Below are positions 31,375-32,000 of a stretch of DNA of 32,000 nucleotides, piece after piece. A model generated the notes under the pieces. It worked only from the letters and a program-made list of their open reading frames with translations. It ran no database searches and had not been told where the DNA came from. Numbering within the stretch: the stretch's first letter is position 1; every line of letters begins with the position of its first letter. The DNA is from Candidatus Methanophagaceae archaeon (lineage in GTDB: Archaea > Halobacteriota > Syntropharchaeia > Alkanophagales > Methanospirareceae): NCBI GenBank assembly GCA_003194425.1, contig PQXB01000001.1, forward strand, positions 610,444 to 642,443. Direction: 5' to 3'. Position numbers and translations under genes: made by a program.

Positions 31375-31479
31375 GTAAAACTTTTAAGAAGAGTTTTATT
31401 AAAAGAATTACACTCTTTCTTAGCACAGGTTCTTTCTTTAGAAAGAAAGTTTGACTAAAGAAAAAGTGTAAAAAAAGCG

Positions 31480-32000
31480 ATGCAGAGGGGAATAGAAATA
31501 GTGCGGAGGTTTGCGGATTTTGGATTTCAAGTCCAGCCAGAAGCGGTTGAACAAGTCTCTGAACTGCTGAGTCAGCAGTCCGACGCGGAAGCCGAGAGTC
31601 TGTTTGACCTCAACAAAATCGTAGAAGGCGTGAGTAGTTCGTTGGACCCCTCGGTCTTCGTGATTTCTAGCGAGCAGGTAGCCGAATTTCTGAAGAACAA
31701 CGGAACTGCTGCTGCCGCCGCTGACGCAGTGGTAGAGGCGCCGGAAATAATTAAGTCGTTCTCGGACGACGGAAAAGGGGTGGAGCAGAAGGATTTCTTA
31801 CCGCACTTCCTTGACCGCTACGAGCGGCTGAGCAGGCTGATAAAACGAAGGCTGAACTGCGGGCAGATAAAGTCTTTGAAACTGGGTCAGGGCAGAGAGC
31901 GGGGCAGAGGTCAGGGGTGGAGGGACGAGGAGGTCTCGGTAGTGGGAATGGTCTCCTCGGTGAACCGAACTGCGAAAGGAAACCTCCGCGTAGAATTAGA
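31480..32000 (+). CDS. polB: DNA polymerase II (PolD) small subunit DP1, N-terminal part. The ORF runs off the window.
   Basis: ATG 31480. MQRGIEIVRRFADFGFQVQPEAVEQV.. then ..FLPHFLDRYERLSRLIKRRL..EEVSVVGMVSSVNRTAKGNLRVEL. This matches the DP1 pattern (N-terminal helical domain, then YF..R...L..il and the start of the OB fold). Not in the track because it is open at the edge. Confidence 0.7.
   Translation, partial: MQRGIEIVRRFADFGFQVQPEAVEQVSELLSQQSDAEAESLFDLNKIVEGVSSSLDPSVFVISSEQVAEFLKNNGTAAAAADAVVEAPEIIKSFSDDGKGVEQKDFLPHFLDRYERLSRLIKRRLNCGQIKSLKLGQGRERGRGQGWRDEEVSVVGMVSSVNRTAKGNLRVEL

Noticed and set aside
31432-31449. An 8-bp perfect palindrome (ctttctttagaaagaaag) upstream of the PolD small-subunit gene, considered as an origin or ORB-like element
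   Set aside because: It is a single short AT-rich palindrome with a 2-nt centre. There are no repeated ORB-like boxes or an adjacent intact orc1/cdc6. It could be an ordinary operator or terminator, and the evidence is insufficient.

Overview
This looks like an archaeal chromosomal window from a euryarchaeote with an H4MPT-type C1 pathway. Supporting genes are ftr, arcS, the rpl7ae-rps28e-rpl24e-ndk cluster, a PolD small subunit, and TATA-like boxes 23-33 nt upstream of several ATGs. Hand-counted 60-nt samples give about 55-65% GC for most genes, with two conspicuous segments at about 38-43% GC.

(1) nt 1-10809, minus strand: one uninterrupted ORF of at least 3,603 codons, with its C-terminus outside the window. 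It encodes a signal peptide and a complete RHS/YD-repeat shell with a canonical core end (..NNPVNLIDPSGH). The same frame then continues through a perfect 33-bp tandem repeat, a Trp-rich TM cluster, a GATase-like domain, many Ig-like domains, a PKD domain and a DUF11-like domain. GC composition switches inside this ORF at about 5.3-5.5 kb.

(2) 11.2-15.8 kb: decaying genes alongside intact ones. An RND/MMPL exporter is split over three frames and an O-methyltransferase carries an in-frame TGA. A PaREP1-like gene and an ICMT-like gene appear intact.

(3) 16.1-18.3 kb: cupin, ftr and tatD.

(4) 18.3-20.1 kb: a low-GC, translationally coupled ABC-ATPase + TOPRIM-like pair (split-OLD / PARIS / AbiL-like). 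It is a candidate defence module sitting between tatD and arcS.

(5) 20.1-23.4 kb: arcS, an APH-like kinase and a 5' remnant of orc1/cdc6.

(6) 23.5-32 kb: rpl7ae, rps28e, rpl24e and ndk run without gaps into two paralogous secreted proteins of unknown function, then lysA and a Tes-like radical SAM enzyme. These are followed by trx and a partial polD small subunit.

Cross-cutting signal: perfect tandem repeats with unit lengths that are always multiples of three (9, 12, 15, 21, 27, 33 bp) are inserted in-frame into otherwise conserved enzymes. No rRNA, tRNA, CRISPR array or transposase was recognised.
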